Below, one piece after another: positions 30,640-40,436 of a stretch of DNA of 64,000 bases. The DNA is from an uncultured Methanosarcinales archaeon (GTDB lineage Archaea; Nanobdellota; Nanobdellia; Woesearchaeales; CAXGTL01). The stretch lies in contig CAZHVK010000002.1 in assembly GCA_964535955.1 (NCBI GenBank), forward strand, positions 8,122 through 72,121. Direction: 5' to 3'. Numbering within the stretch: the stretch's first letter is position 1; each line of letters opens with the position of its first letter. The position numbers were made by a program, and so were the translations under genes. Under the pieces are notes generated by a model that searched no databases, was not told the DNA's origin, and saw only the letters and a program-made list of their open reading frames with translations.

Positions 30640-31049
30640 TTTTACTCAACCCCCATATAATTATTATTATTAATATAATAATATATATATATAGAACTAG
30701 ACTTATATATAAATTTATTGGAAAAACAAGATATAAATCAAAAAAAACAATAACTTAAAAAAACTGGCAAGTGGTAACAAAAGTTTAAATAAAGAAAGAA
30801 CTTTACTTCAAAATACCATTTAAAGAGACAATTCGGTTGCTTTGGAAATAGGCATTCAATGATTACCTCTTTCAGGTGTTCGGCCAGTAATATGATGACT
30901 GGACTATACCTCATCGTATGTTACCTATCGCCTGTTAAGTTAAAAGTCAATGAATAAAAAATGTGTTTGATAATTGGTATTCAATCAAAAGGTTATGATC
31001 GATTTGATTTTAAGTTTGCCAAACCTTTTTTACCGTGTCCAGATTTAAT

Positions 31050-31238
31050 ATGGTATGTCCAAAACTAAAAAAAGGGGATTGTATGATTTCTAGTAATGCT
31101 TGTAGTCAGTCTTATATGAAAAAGATGATTATGTTCAAATCTTGTCCTATATTCAAAAAAGGAAAAATGAAAAAACCAAAGATGATGAGTAAGAAAAAGA
31201 AAGTAATGAAAAGAAAATCTAAAAAAAGAAAAAAATAA
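31050..31238 (+). CDS. Small Cys4 protein with Lys/Met-rich basic tail
   Basis: MVCPKLKKGDCMISSNACSQSYMKKMIMFKSCPIFKK...KKRKK; A-rich coding-like composition. Confidence 0.55.
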   Translation: MVCPKLKKGDCMISSNACSQSYMKKMIMFKSCPIFKKGKMKKPKMMSKKKKVMKRKSKKRKK

Positions 31239-31245
31239 GCACATA

Positions 31246-32103
31246 CTAACCTTTTTGTTCTAAATCAATAATCTTTTTCAAAGAAAATATTGCAGTTTTT
31301 ATTTGTTTATCATTAGGCTCCCTTGTTGTCAAACTTTGTAGCCAAAGTCCAGGAGTAATAACCAACCTAAAGAACAAATTTTTACAAAACTTTGCACTCA
31401 ATTTTAATATTTCATAAGAAATTCCTGCAATTACTGGAATTAAAATAATTCTTGCTAATAGCTTAATCCACCAAGATTCTGTTATCACAAAAGAAAAAAT
31501 AATTATACTTATGACCAAAACAATTAATATAAAAGAAGTACCACATCTCGGATGTTTTGTTGAAAATTTCTTACAATTCTTAACATTCAAATTTAATCCA
31601 GCATCATAACAATTAACAGCTTTATGCTCTGCTCCATGATACTCAAACAATATTTTAATATCATCCATAAAAGAAATAATTGATAAATAAACAACAAAAA
31701 CTACCACTCTAAAAATTCCATCAACAATATTAAATAAGAGCATACTTTCAAAATTAAAAAGTTTAGTTAAATACAAAGGCAAAATAATGAAAAATAATAT
31801 ACCAAAAAAAGCAGAAGTAAATAGTAAGAAAAATAATTCTTTGAAAGTAAATTCTTCAGATTCTTCTGTTTGTTGATTAGCACTCCAAACCAATGTTTTT
31901 ATTCCAATAACTAATATCTGCAATAATTGAAAAAAACCCCTAATAAAAGGCCAGTACAAAAAACCAAACCTGTATTTTCTAATTCTTTTATTGATATTTT
32001 TTATTTTGCCATCTTTCCATATAGAAACAGAATAATAATTATCACTTTTCATCATAACTCCCTCTATTACTGCTTGTCCACCTATTTGTAGTTTTTTATT
32101 CAT
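31246..32103 (-). CDS. DUF1385 membrane metal-dependent protein
   Basis: GGQAVIEGVMM, YHGAEHK, HPRCGTSF, LTTREP. Confidence 0.92.
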   Translation of the reverse strand: MNKKLQIGGQAVIEGVMMKSDNYYSVSIWKDGKIKNINKRIRKYRFGFLYWPFIRGFFQLLQILVIGIKTLVWSANQQTEESEEFTFKELFFLLFTSAFFGILFFIILPLYLTKLFNFESMLLFNIVDGIFRVVVFVVYLSIISFMDDIKILFEYHGAEHKAVNCYDAGLNLNVKNCKKFSTKHPRCGTSFILIVLVISIIIFSFVITESWWIKLLARIILIPVIAGISYEILKLSAKFCKNLFFRLVITPGLWLQSLTTREPNDKQIKTAIFSLKKIIDLEQKG

Positions 32104-32129
32104 TAATAACACCTAATCATAACACAAAA

Positions 32130-35100
32130 TCACAACTTCAAACTAGTCACTTTAGTCATACCATGTTCATTCATACTAACTCCATACAAATTATCAGCTT
32201 CAGAGATAACAGCATCATTATGTGAAATAACAATATATTGAGCTTTTTCACAATATTGTCTTATCAATTTAGCTAATTTTTCAGAATTGTGTTTATCCAA
32301 AGCAGCATCAACTTCATCTAAGATATAAAATGAATGTGGTTTATGTTCTTGAATTGCAAATATAAATGCTAAAGCAGTCATTGTTTTTTCTCCGCCAGAT
32401 AATGACCTAATATCTAAGAATTTCTGTCCAGACAACCTAACCTTTATGTTCAAACCTGCATCAAAAGGTTTTGTAGGATTCTCAAGCTGTAAAAATGCTT
32501 CTCCTTTCTTAGACAATGCTAAAAATATCTCTTTAAATTTATTATTCACAACTTCAAAAGTCCCTGTAAATAAATCTGTTTTCTTACCTTCAATTTCTTC
32601 AATCATTCCCAAAACACTATGTTTTTCAGTATCCAGCTTATCTTTTTTCTCTATAAGATTATTATATTCTCTTTCAACTTTGTCATACACTTCCAAAGCT
32701 TTCATATTAACAGCCCCCATATTAGCAGCCATCCTTTCAAATTTATCTATTTCATATTTTAATTCTTGTTCTGTTTTATTTTCATTTATAACAACGCCTT
32801 CGTACTGTTTAAACTCTTGTTTTAACCCTGACAGATCTGCTTTAACTCTTGCGTTTTCCAAAGAGAATGTATTCATATCTATCTCTGTTTTTCTTGATAA
32901 TTCTCTCAATAAATCAATCTTATTTTCAGTTTTATTAACAGAATCTTTTAATTTGCTTCTTTCATTAAACAAAGCTTTGTATTTTTTATAAAATTCCTTA
33001 GCCATTTGTTCTTTTTTCTTTAAGAACTTTTTAGAATTTTTTATTTTTGTATTAAGGCCCTCCATCTCAAGTTTGAATTTATGAATCTCTTTATCATGCT
33101 GTTTTAATATGTCTTCAATTTTCTCGCGTTCAGGTGAAATTAAACTCATTTGTGCATCAAAATTCTTAATTTCACTCTCGATTTGTATCAATCTTTCTTT
33201 AACTTCATTTTTCTTTTCTTCAAATGCATTTAATTCAGCAACAAGCCTTGGATTCCTTAACTGTGAGATCTTTCCACGAAGCTTTTGTCTATTTATCTTA
33301 TTTTGTGCTAATTCTCTATTTAAAGAAGAAAGATCCATATTGATTTTGTTCAAATCAGAATTAGTTTTTTTTAAATCATCTTTTAATTCTTTTTTCTTAT
33401 CAACAGAAATACCTAAATCACCAGATTCCAAGTGCAAACTTTTTTCTAATTTAATTACTTCACCCTCATATTCTGCTTTTAAGATTCTTAATTTATCAAT
33501 ACTTTTTTCATTTTCACCTCTCTTTTTTTCTAATAAAGATATTAAATTTCTCAACTCAGAAACAGATTTGCTTAGATTTTCCAACTCCTCTGTAACCTCT
33601 TTTTCAGAAAATCCCAATCCTTTTGTCTTTTTAAGAATATAACCACCACGCATTTCACCACTAAGACCAGTCATATCTCCATCAAGTGTTACCATTTTTG
33701 CTTTACCAATACCAATTTTTCTTGCAGTATCAATATTATCAACAACTGCTACATTCGAGAAAATATATTCAAACACTTTTCTAAATTTATTATCAAAATC
33801 AACCAAATCAATAGCCAATCCATGCACACCCTTATTATTTAAAATATTTTTAATATTAGGATTTGATTTATGTGGTTTGATTTTATTTAAAGGTAAAAAA
33901 GTTGCAACACCAAGTCTTTTTTGTTTTAGATATTTTATGCATTTAGATGCTACTTCATCATTTTCAACAACAATACTTTTGATATGATGACCAGCAGCAA
34001 CTTTTAATGCTAATGAATATTTAGAATTTACATTACCAATCTGAGAAACAGTGCCGTGTATACCTTTCATATTTGATTTTTGTTCAATTATTTTTTGAAC
34101 AGCTATATTTCCAGATAATTTTTCTTTTACACCAACATTTGTTAATTCCAACTTAGCTAATCTTTCGCTTTGTTCTTGATGTCTTCGACGTGTATCACCT
34201 AACTGTGCAGCAAATTTAGAATCTTGTGTTAAACATTTATTTAATTCTAAAGTTGTTTTTTTAAATAATTGTTTTCTATTCATCAGCTCTTTAATCTGAG
34301 CTTTATGAGCACTTTCAATTTTTTTTACTTTATCAAGCTGTTGATCAATTGTTTCTAGTTGAAATTCTATTTGGTCTTTTTGTCTTAACAAAAATTGCTG
34401 TTTTTGTCTAAATTCTTGGATAGATTTTTCTTTTCCTTCTGTAAAATTATCAAGTTCTTCTATTTGTTTTTGAATTCCATCTTCATTATCCATGTGATGT
34501 TTTTTTCTAAATTTCTTAATTTCATCTTCAACTTTTTTAAGTTCTGTTTGTTTTCTCTCTTTTTCTTTGATCAATTCTTCCTTTTCAGCTACTAAATCCT
34601 TTACTTTATCACCCTGTTCTTTAAAATTATCTTTTAATTTCTTTTTTCTTTGCTTAACTTTATCAATTTCAGCTTCAACATTATTCAATCTTTCATTGTT
34701 TGTTGCAAGATTGACTTTCAATGTTTCAACTTCTTTATGAAGTTTAACTTGTTCTTTTTCACCTTTTTGTTCTATTTCGCCAGAAATATTATCAACAGAA
34801 GATTTTTTTTGTTCAATATCCTTTCTAAGATCTGAAATCTGTTTGTTTACTTCTGCAAGTTTGCTTTTATTCTTATTCAAATTAGTTCCTAGCTTATCTG
34901 ATTCCTTTGTTTTTTTTTTAATTTTAATATGCAAAAATGATGCTTTGTTTCCAGAAAGTTTGTCTCTAAGACTTTTAAATTTAAAAGCATGGTCCCTTTC
35001 TTTTTTTAATTCCCTGAGATAAGTTTTTCTTTCAGCAAGGATGATATCAGCTTCATTTAATTTTTCATCAACTTTGCCGAGCTCACGTAGTGCTTTATCT

Positions 35101-35624
35101 TTTCGTTCTTCATAAACACCTAAACCAGAGATCTCATCAATAATCTTTCTTCTTTCAATAGGATGCATTTCAACAAATTTAACAATATCACCTTGTAAAA
35201 CAATATTAAATCCATCTGGATCTACATCCCCATAACTTAACAACTCTAAAATTTGCTGTCTTGTAACTTTTTTATCATTAATTTTGTAAACACTTTGACC
35301 ATTTTGTCTTACTCTTCTTGAAACTTTAAGCTCTTCTTCTTCAATAGGAAAAACTTTATGAGTATTATCAAAATGAATATAAACCTCACCAAATTTAGAA
35401 GGTTTTTTTGCTTTTCCGCCATTATATATCAGGTTCGCTGATTTCTCAGCCCTCATTGATTTAGCTGAACCTCTACCAAGAACAAAACACAATGCATCTA
35501 ATAAATTAGATTTACCACTACCATTAGCACCAATTACACAATTGAATTCATCACCAAACAAAAACTCTGTATGCTTAGCAAAACTCTTAAATCCAAGCAT
35601 TGACATTTTATTTATTTTGATCAT
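32130..35624 (-). CDS. smc: Chromosome segregation protein SMC
   Basis: GFKSF, GANGSGKSN, hinge (GTVSQIG...ATFLPLNKI), LSGGEK, LDEVDAALD. Confidence 0.97.
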   Translation of the reverse strand: MIKINKMSMLGFKSFAKHTEFLFGDEFNCVIGANGSGKSNLLDALCFVLGRGSAKSMRAEKSANLIYNGGKAKKPSKFGEVYIHFDNTHKVFPIEEEELKVSRRVRQNGQSVYKINDKKVTRQQILELLSYGDVDPDGFNIVLQGDIVKFVEMHPIERRKIIDEISGLGVYEERKDKALRELGKVDEKLNEADIILAERKTYLRELKKERDHAFKFKSLRDKLSGNKASFLHIKIKKKTKESDKLGTNLNKNKSKLAEVNKQISDLRKDIEQKKSSVDNISGEIEQKGEKEQVKLHKEVETLKVNLATNNERLNNVEAEIDKVKQRKKKLKDNFKEQGDKVKDLVAEKEELIKEKERKQTELKKVEDEIKKFRKKHHMDNEDGIQKQIEELDNFTEGKEKSIQEFRQKQQFLLRQKDQIEFQLETIDQQLDKVKKIESAHKAQIKELMNRKQLFKKTTLELNKCLTQDSKFAAQLGDTRRRHQEQSERLAKLELTNVGVKEKLSGNIAVQKIIEQKSNMKGIHGTVSQIGNVNSKYSLALKVAAGHHIKSIVVENDEVASKCIKYLKQKRLGVATFLPLNKIKPHKSNPNIKNILNNKGVHGLAIDLVDFDNKFRKVFEYIFSNVAVVDNIDTARKIGIGKAKMVTLDGDMTGLSGEMRGGYILKKTKGLGFSEKEVTEELENLSKSVSELRNLISLLEKKRGENEKSIDKLRILKAEYEGEVIKLEKSLHLESGDLGISVDKKKELKDDLKKTNSDLNKINMDLSSLNRELAQNKINRQKLRGKISQLRNPRLVAELNAFEEKKNEVKERLIQIESEIKNFDAQMSLISPEREKIEDILKQHDKEIHKFKLEMEGLNTKIKNSKKFLKKKEQMAKEFYKKYKALFNERSKLKDSVNKTENKIDLLRELSRKTEIDMNTFSLENARVKADLSGLKQEFKQYEGVVINENKTEQELKYEIDKFERMAANMGAVNMKALEVYDKVEREYNNLIEKKDKLDTEKHSVLGMIEEIEGKKTDLFTGTFEVVNNKFKEIFLALSKKGEAFLQLENPTKPFDAGLNIKVRLSGQKFLDIRSLSGGEKTMTALAFIFAIQEHKPHSFYILDEVDAALDKHNSEKLAKLIRQYCEKAQYIVISHNDAVISEADNLYGVSMNEHGMTKVTSLKL

Positions 35625-35666
35625 TAGTTTTGTTCACCTTTGTTTTTATTATAATTATTAATATTG

Positions 35667-35712
35667 TCCCTTACATCCTCAGGGGTGGGTGGTCGGGGGT
35701 TAGGAAGGTGGG
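35667..35712 (+). repeat. G-tract dispersed element, copy 2
   Basis: AGGGGTGGGTGGTCGGGGGTTAGGAAGGTGGG in a divergent intergenic region. Confidence 0.85.
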
Positions 35713-35839
35713 AAAATTTCTTTATTTATATATATAAAACCTATTTTATTTATATATATTGTGGTTGTAGAAAAAACAATAAAATAATAACTAAACAATA
35801 GAAAACTTTAAAACCAGCACAACAATCCTGCAAAATAAC

Positions 35840-37111
35840 ATGAAAAACATAGCTGTGATAGGACTTGGATACGTTGGTTTACCCTTAGCATGCCTTCTTG
35901 CAAAGAATAACTTTACTGTTTATGGTATTGATAAAGATCAAAATAAAGTTGATCTAACAAACCAAGGCTTTAGTCATATTGATGATCCAGAGCTTAAGAC
36001 ATCAGTAGCAGAAGTAAAAGACAAGATCATTGCATCAACACAAGATGATAATTTAGCAAATTCAGATATAATAATAATATGTGTACCTACACCAATTGAT
36101 TCAAAATATAATCCAGATTTTAAATACATTGTTTCTGCTTCAGAAATGATTAAAAAACATTTGAAAAAAGATCAGATAATCATTTTAGAATCAACAGTTT
36201 CTCCAGGCACATGTGAAGAAGTAATTCTTCCAATTCTTGAACAAACAGGTTTAGTAGGTGGAAAAGATTTTGAATTAGTACATTGTCCTGAAAGAATTGA
36301 TCCTGGTAATAAAAAGTACAAATTAATCAATTTACCAAGAGTTGTAGGTGGATTAACAAAACAAGGAACAAAACAAGCAGCAGAATTTTACAGATCATTT
36401 ATCCAAGCACCAATTACAGAACTAACATCTGCAAAAGCAGCAGAAGCAACAAAAATAATTGAAAACACTTTTCGTGACATAAACATTGCTTTTGTCAATG
36501 AACTTGCAAAAAGTTTTGATAAACTAGGAATAGATGTGACAGAAGTAATAAGAGGTGCTTCAACAAAACCATTTGCATTTATGCCTCATCTTCCAGGTTG
36601 TGGAGTAGGTGGACACTGTATAGGTGTTGATCCATACTATTTGATTGAACGTGGCAAAGGTGTTGGTTTTAATCACAAATTCATGAAACTTGCAAGAGAA
36701 ATTAATAATAGTATGCCTAACTACACAATCATTCGTCTGATAAAAGCATTGAATGAAATTGGTAAGAGTATAAAAGGCACAAGAATCACATTACTCGGAC
36801 TTGCATACAAACCAGATGTAGATGATATAAGAGAAAGTGCATCATTAAAAATAATTAAAAAATTAAAAGAACTTGACGCTGACTTACAAATTTATGATCC
36901 TTTTATTCCACACAAATCAACAATACCAAACCTTGACCAAGCTTTGGATTGTGATGCAATTGTGTTATGCACAGCTCACACAGAATTCTTAAACATTCTA
37001 CCACAGACTTTTAAAAACAAAGGAATAAAAGTTATTATCGACGGCAGAAACTGTTTAGACAAAGATAAGATAAAAGAATTAGGTATTGTTTATAAGGGAA
37101 TTGGTAGATAA
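35840..37111 (+). CDS. Nucleotide-sugar (UDP-HexNAc) dehydrogenase
   Basis: GLGYVGLP, CVPTP, CPERIDPG, GVGGHCI, AYKPDVDDIRES. Confidence 0.93.
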   Translation: MKNIAVIGLGYVGLPLACLLAKNNFTVYGIDKDQNKVDLTNQGFSHIDDPELKTSVAEVKDKIIASTQDDNLANSDIIIICVPTPIDSKYNPDFKYIVSASEMIKKHLKKDQIIILESTVSPGTCEEVILPILEQTGLVGGKDFELVHCPERIDPGNKKYKLINLPRVVGGLTKQGTKQAAEFYRSFIQAPITELTSAKAAEATKIIENTFRDINIAFVNELAKSFDKLGIDVTEVIRGASTKPFAFMPHLPGCGVGGHCIGVDPYYLIERGKGVGFNHKFMKLAREINNSMPNYTIIRLIKALNEIGKSIKGTRITLLGLAYKPDVDDIRESASLKIIKKLKELDADLQIYDPFIPHKSTIPNLDQALDCDAIVLCTAHTEFLNILPQTFKNKGIKVIIDGRNCLDKDKIKELGIVYKGIGR

Positions 37112-37153
37112 AAACAAACCACAACCCAAGAATTTAGAAAACAAAAAAATACA

Positions 37154-37202
37154 GCCTACCTACTGAACCTGGGTCGGGTGGCCGTGGGCATTACAAGGTG
37201 GG
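37154..37202 (+). repeat. G-tract dispersed element, copy 3
   Basis: GGGTCGGGTGGCCGTGGGCATTACAAGGTGGG between convergent genes. Confidence 0.8.
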
Positions 37203-37206
37203 TCAA

Positions 37207-37767
37207 TCAAACAATATCCTTAACAACTTCTCCATTCTTAACAATACCAATCTGACAAAAACCAAGAGATTTCCATCGACTCATAATATCATCCAGTTTG
37301 CCTAATAAAGAAGCAAAGTAAAGCGCTAGAACAGTTCCATGTGTTGCAATAATTATTTTATTATTATTATATTTTTTATCAATATCAGAAACAGCTTTTT
37401 TAAACCGACTAAGAGCATGATTTGGTGTTTCCCATCCAAAATCATTATGATCAAAATCTTCAAACAAAGCTTTTTTCATTTGTTTATATTTTTCAGTAGG
37501 AATCCCTTCACCACCACCTCTTTCTAATTCTCTAAGATCATTTACCTGAATTATTTCCTTACCAAGTTTCTGTGCCAATGGTCTGATTGTCAAAAATGCT
37601 TTGTTTTCTATAGATGAAATAATTATATCAGCATCCTGAAGTTCACGATTATCTGCTAATTTTTCAGCTTCTTGTTTACCAGAATCAGTAAGATCCCAAT
37701 CTGTAATTATTGTGTTCCAATCTTTCTTTGTCTCAGCATGACGGATAAATATTAGTGTATTGTTCAT
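37207..37767 (-). CDS. Histidine phosphatase (phosphoglycerate mutase-like)
   Basis: FIRHAET, LRELERG, IATHG. Confidence 0.9.
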   Translation of the reverse strand: MNNTLIFIRHAETKKDWNTIITDWDLTDSGKQEAEKLADNRELQDADIIISSIENKAFLTIRPLAQKLGKEIIQVNDLRELERGGGEGIPTEKYKQMKKALFEDFDHNDFGWETPNHALSRFKKAVSDIDKKYNNNKIIIATHGTVLALYFASLLGKLDDIMSRWKSLGFCQIGIVKNGEVVKDIV

Positions 37768-37805
37768 ATTAGAGAAAAGAAAGCATAATCACATTATAAA
37801 ACTTT

Positions 37806-37853
37806 GCCTGCTACCGAGCCAGGTGTGGGTGGTCGGGGGATGGAATTGGAGGG
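37806..37853 (+). repeat. G-tract dispersed element, copy 4
   Basis: AGGTGTGGGTGGTCGGGGGATGGAATTGGAGGG. Confidence 0.75.
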
Positions 37854-37855
37854 AA

Positions 37856-38686
37856 TTAATCAAACACCTTCTTAACATTACCCCAATTCATCTTAACAAA
37901 CTGTTTTGGATCTCTCTTTGACTTTTTCAAAAACTCTAGAGCATCTGTAACATGAGAACTTCCTTTTGGCACTGTTATGCCAAGTTTAGCACTAAGCTTA
38001 GCCAACTGCTGTAATGCAAAGTCTCGTGCAACAATAGAAGCTGCTGCAACTTCGACATACTTAGACTCAGCTTTTGTCACAGCAATTTCACCAACATTAC
38101 AACCAGGATATTTATCAACAACCCACTTTGCTCTGCCAAACTTTGAACTTTGCTTTAGATCGGCATGAACTTCCCTGTGCAGTTTATTCATCAACTTTGT
38201 AAGACCAAACTTATAATCATTATATCTATTTGGTGGAAGACTTTTCACTGAAACCTTGACAAGCTTTCTTATTTCATCTGAATATGCACCAATATCTTTG
38301 TCTTTGATTTTCTTAGAATCCATGACACCAAAAAGTCTAAGATTCTCACGTTCAAGATTATTAGCTCTTACACCAACAACAACAATTCCACCAAAAGTAT
38401 CACCTTTAAGTGCTTCATCACTTCCAATAAAGATTCCTTCTTGCTTAACAAACTTAGTCTTTTTTTGTTCAATAAAACCAGATGATTTCAACAGTTTAGA
38501 ATAATACATAACATTCTCATCTTTTCCTTGCAGCACAAGTTTGCCTGACTTAAACAATACCATGACAATGTCTCTATTTCTTAGGCGGAATGTTTCATAT
38601 TTTGTTTTAACTTCATCTAAACCTAACTTTAATTTTTCTATAAGAAATGCTTTATCACCTTTTTTTATGTTCAGGAAAACTGTCAT
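37856..38686 (-). CDS. rnhC: Ribonuclease HIII
   Basis: N-terminal TBP-like segment (VLFKSGKLVLQG); GSDEALKGDTFG, DSKK, VAAASIVAR. Confidence 0.85.
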   Translation of the reverse strand: MTVFLNIKKGDKAFLIEKLKLGLDEVKTKYETFRLRNRDIVMVLFKSGKLVLQGKDENVMYYSKLLKSSGFIEQKKTKFVKQEGIFIGSDEALKGDTFGGIVVVGVRANNLERENLRLFGVMDSKKIKDKDIGAYSDEIRKLVKVSVKSLPPNRYNDYKFGLTKLMNKLHREVHADLKQSSKFGRAKWVVDKYPGCNVGEIAVTKAESKYVEVAAASIVARDFALQQLAKLSAKLGITVPKGSSHVTDALEFLKKSKRDPKQFVKMNWGNVKKVFD

Positions 38687-38862
38687 AATGATACTTTTGA
38701 TTTAAGAGTATAAAAATGTTTGTGTAGATGGTGAGAAAGGAGTAGGTGGTGTGGAAGTGGGTTTGGTGGGCAAAGTTTAAATACTACCTACTACAAATAA
38801 TACAATTAACATGTATGCAAATCTTGATTTGCATGCTACGAACGAAACAAGGTGAAGTGAGT

Positions 38863-39192
38863 ATGGCAACAATCCAATATGCAGGACTAAATGAATTAAC
38901 AGATTCAGAAAAACAAGAAGTAAAGAGTTTAACAGAAGAATATGGTGACAAGATAGACAGATCTTTGCCAAACATGGATAGGTTAACAATCCACATTAAA
39001 ACACAAAAAGCAACAGGTGGAAAAAGAAAATTCTCAATAAAAGTCAAAGCTTCTGTTGGCAACAAAGTATTTGAGACAAAAGCATTTGACTGGGACTTAC
39101 CAAGAACATTACACAAAGTATTCAAAAACATGGAAAACCATATCAACCATACACTAAGGAATGATACTAGTTATAAAAAACCTTATGCTTGA
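38863..39192 (+). CDS. HPF/RaiA-like (ribosome hibernation-type) protein
   Basis: SD AGGTGA before ATG 38863; LTIHIK...FSIKVK...AFDWDLPRTLHKVFKNME fits the HPF beta-alpha pattern (inference). Confidence 0.6.
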   Translation: MATIQYAGLNELTDSEKQEVKSLTEEYGDKIDRSLPNMDRLTIHIKTQKATGGKRKFSIKVKASVGNKVFETKAFDWDLPRTLHKVFKNMENHINHTLRNDTSYKKPYA

Positions 39193-39270
39193 GCTCTTTT
39201 ATATTACATTTTATATCACTTCAAACATAGTTTCAACTATTAAATTATGATTTTCTTGTTTATCACTGGC

Positions 39271-39322
39271 CACAATTTGAGCAAAGCTCAAATGTGCATT
39301 TTAGTCTCTGACTAAAATTGCA
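39271..39322. repeat. Tandem hairpin pair upstream of the LAGLIDADG gene
   Basis: ATTTGAGC-AAA-GCTCAAAT and TTTTAGTC-TCT-GACTAAAA. Confidence 0.7.
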
Positions 39323-39389
39323 TCCGTAAGATATATAAACTAAAAAATTAATTATATAGTATTAAGATAATAAAATTTGATGATATAAA

Positions 39390-40127
39390 ATGACTAATAA
39401 TGTAAATATAAAATTAAGTTCAAAAGATAAAATTAAAGGTTTAAAACTACCCAACAATATTTCTAAAGAATTAGCCTATTTATGTGGTGTTCTGATAGGA
39501 GACGGAAGTTTATACATAAGAAAGAAAAAATATGATTATATTATCAAATGTGTTGGTAATCCAAAAAATGAAAAAGAATATTATCATAGAATAATTGCTC
39601 CTTATTTTAAAAAAGTTTTTGGTTTATTACCAGCAATAAAGTTACATGACTCAAATACTACTTTTGGATTTACAATTCATTCTAAATCTTTACTTAAATA
39701 CTTTGAAAAAATAGGATTTTCTATTGGAAAAAAAGACGAAAATTTAGACATTCCTCATTCAATTAAAGAAAATAAAAACCTTTTAATTCCATTTATAAGA
39801 GGGTTATTTGACACTGATGGTTGCATTTGTTTTAAAAAAAAGTATAAGCTTAAACCTTATTATCCAGTCATAAGTGTTTCTTCACAAAGTAAAAAATTAA
39901 TCAAAGAAGTATCAAAAATACTCAAAGAATTAGGATTTAAAATTGTAGAAACATATGATTACAAAGTTAAAGATAAAAGAAATGAAAAAGGATTTACAAT
40001 AATAAACAGAATAGAATTAAATGGTAAAGATAATCTTAGGAAATGGATGTCTACAATTAATTTTTACAGTCCAAAACATTTAGAGAAGATAAAAATTTGG
40101 GAAGAAAATAGCGGGGAGAGGATTTGA
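39390..40127 (+). CDS. Free-standing two-motif LAGLIDADG homing endonuclease
   Basis: LAYLCGVLIGDGSL and FIRGLFDTDGC motifs; no intein Hint ends; 3' end overlaps the tRNA-iMet antisense. Confidence 0.9.
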   Translation: MTNNVNIKLSSKDKIKGLKLPNNISKELAYLCGVLIGDGSLYIRKKKYDYIIKCVGNPKNEKEYYHRIIAPYFKKVFGLLPAIKLHDSNTTFGFTIHSKSLLKYFEKIGFSIGKKDENLDIPHSIKENKNLLIPFIRGLFDTDGCICFKKKYKLKPYYPVISVSSQSKKLIKEVSKILKELGFKIVETYDYKVKDKRNEKGFTIINRIELNGKDNLRKWMSTINFYSPKHLEKIKIWEENSGERI

Positions 40128-40207
40128 ATTCGGCAACAGCTTCCCTCTGTTTCCTCCGACCTGAGGGTTATGAGCCCTCCGGGCACTCCTGACTGCCCTA
40201 CCCCGCT
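40109..40207 (-). tRNA. Initiator tRNA-Met(CAT) with a 24-nt intron at 53/54 (40129-40152)
   Basis: A1:U72 acceptor AGCGGGG/CCCCGCT; GAGGG-CTCATAA-CCCTC with three G-C pairs; hairpin insert AACAG/CTGTT in relaxed BHB. Confidence 0.93.
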
Positions 40208-40307
40208 ATAACCAGGATTCTATATATCAAGAAACCAACCCCATTTATAAATATTACCCAATATATCAGAAATCTTTAAAAACACAAACCAATTCTATTA
40301 ATAACAT

Positions 40308-40425
40308 GTCGAGGTGGCACAATCTGGTACTGCGCCAGCCTGCTATTGCAAGGCTGACAGCTGGTTTCCTTCGGGATTTCGGGGTTCAAATTGATTACAA
40401 TATCATGAAAGTCCCCGCCTCGACG
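40308..40425 (+). tRNA. tRNA-Ser(GCT) with two introns (37/38 40346-40358; 59/60 40391-40411)
   Basis: Acceptor GTCGAGG/CCTCGAC; CCAGC-CTGCTA..A-GCTGG; long variable arm; TTCA/TGAA BHB. Confidence 0.9.
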
Positions 40426-40436
40426 TTTTTATTATT

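Noticed and set aside
32130-35624. smc without adjacent scpA/scpB
   Set aside because: Unlinked kleisin genes are common in archaea; cannot be judged from one window.
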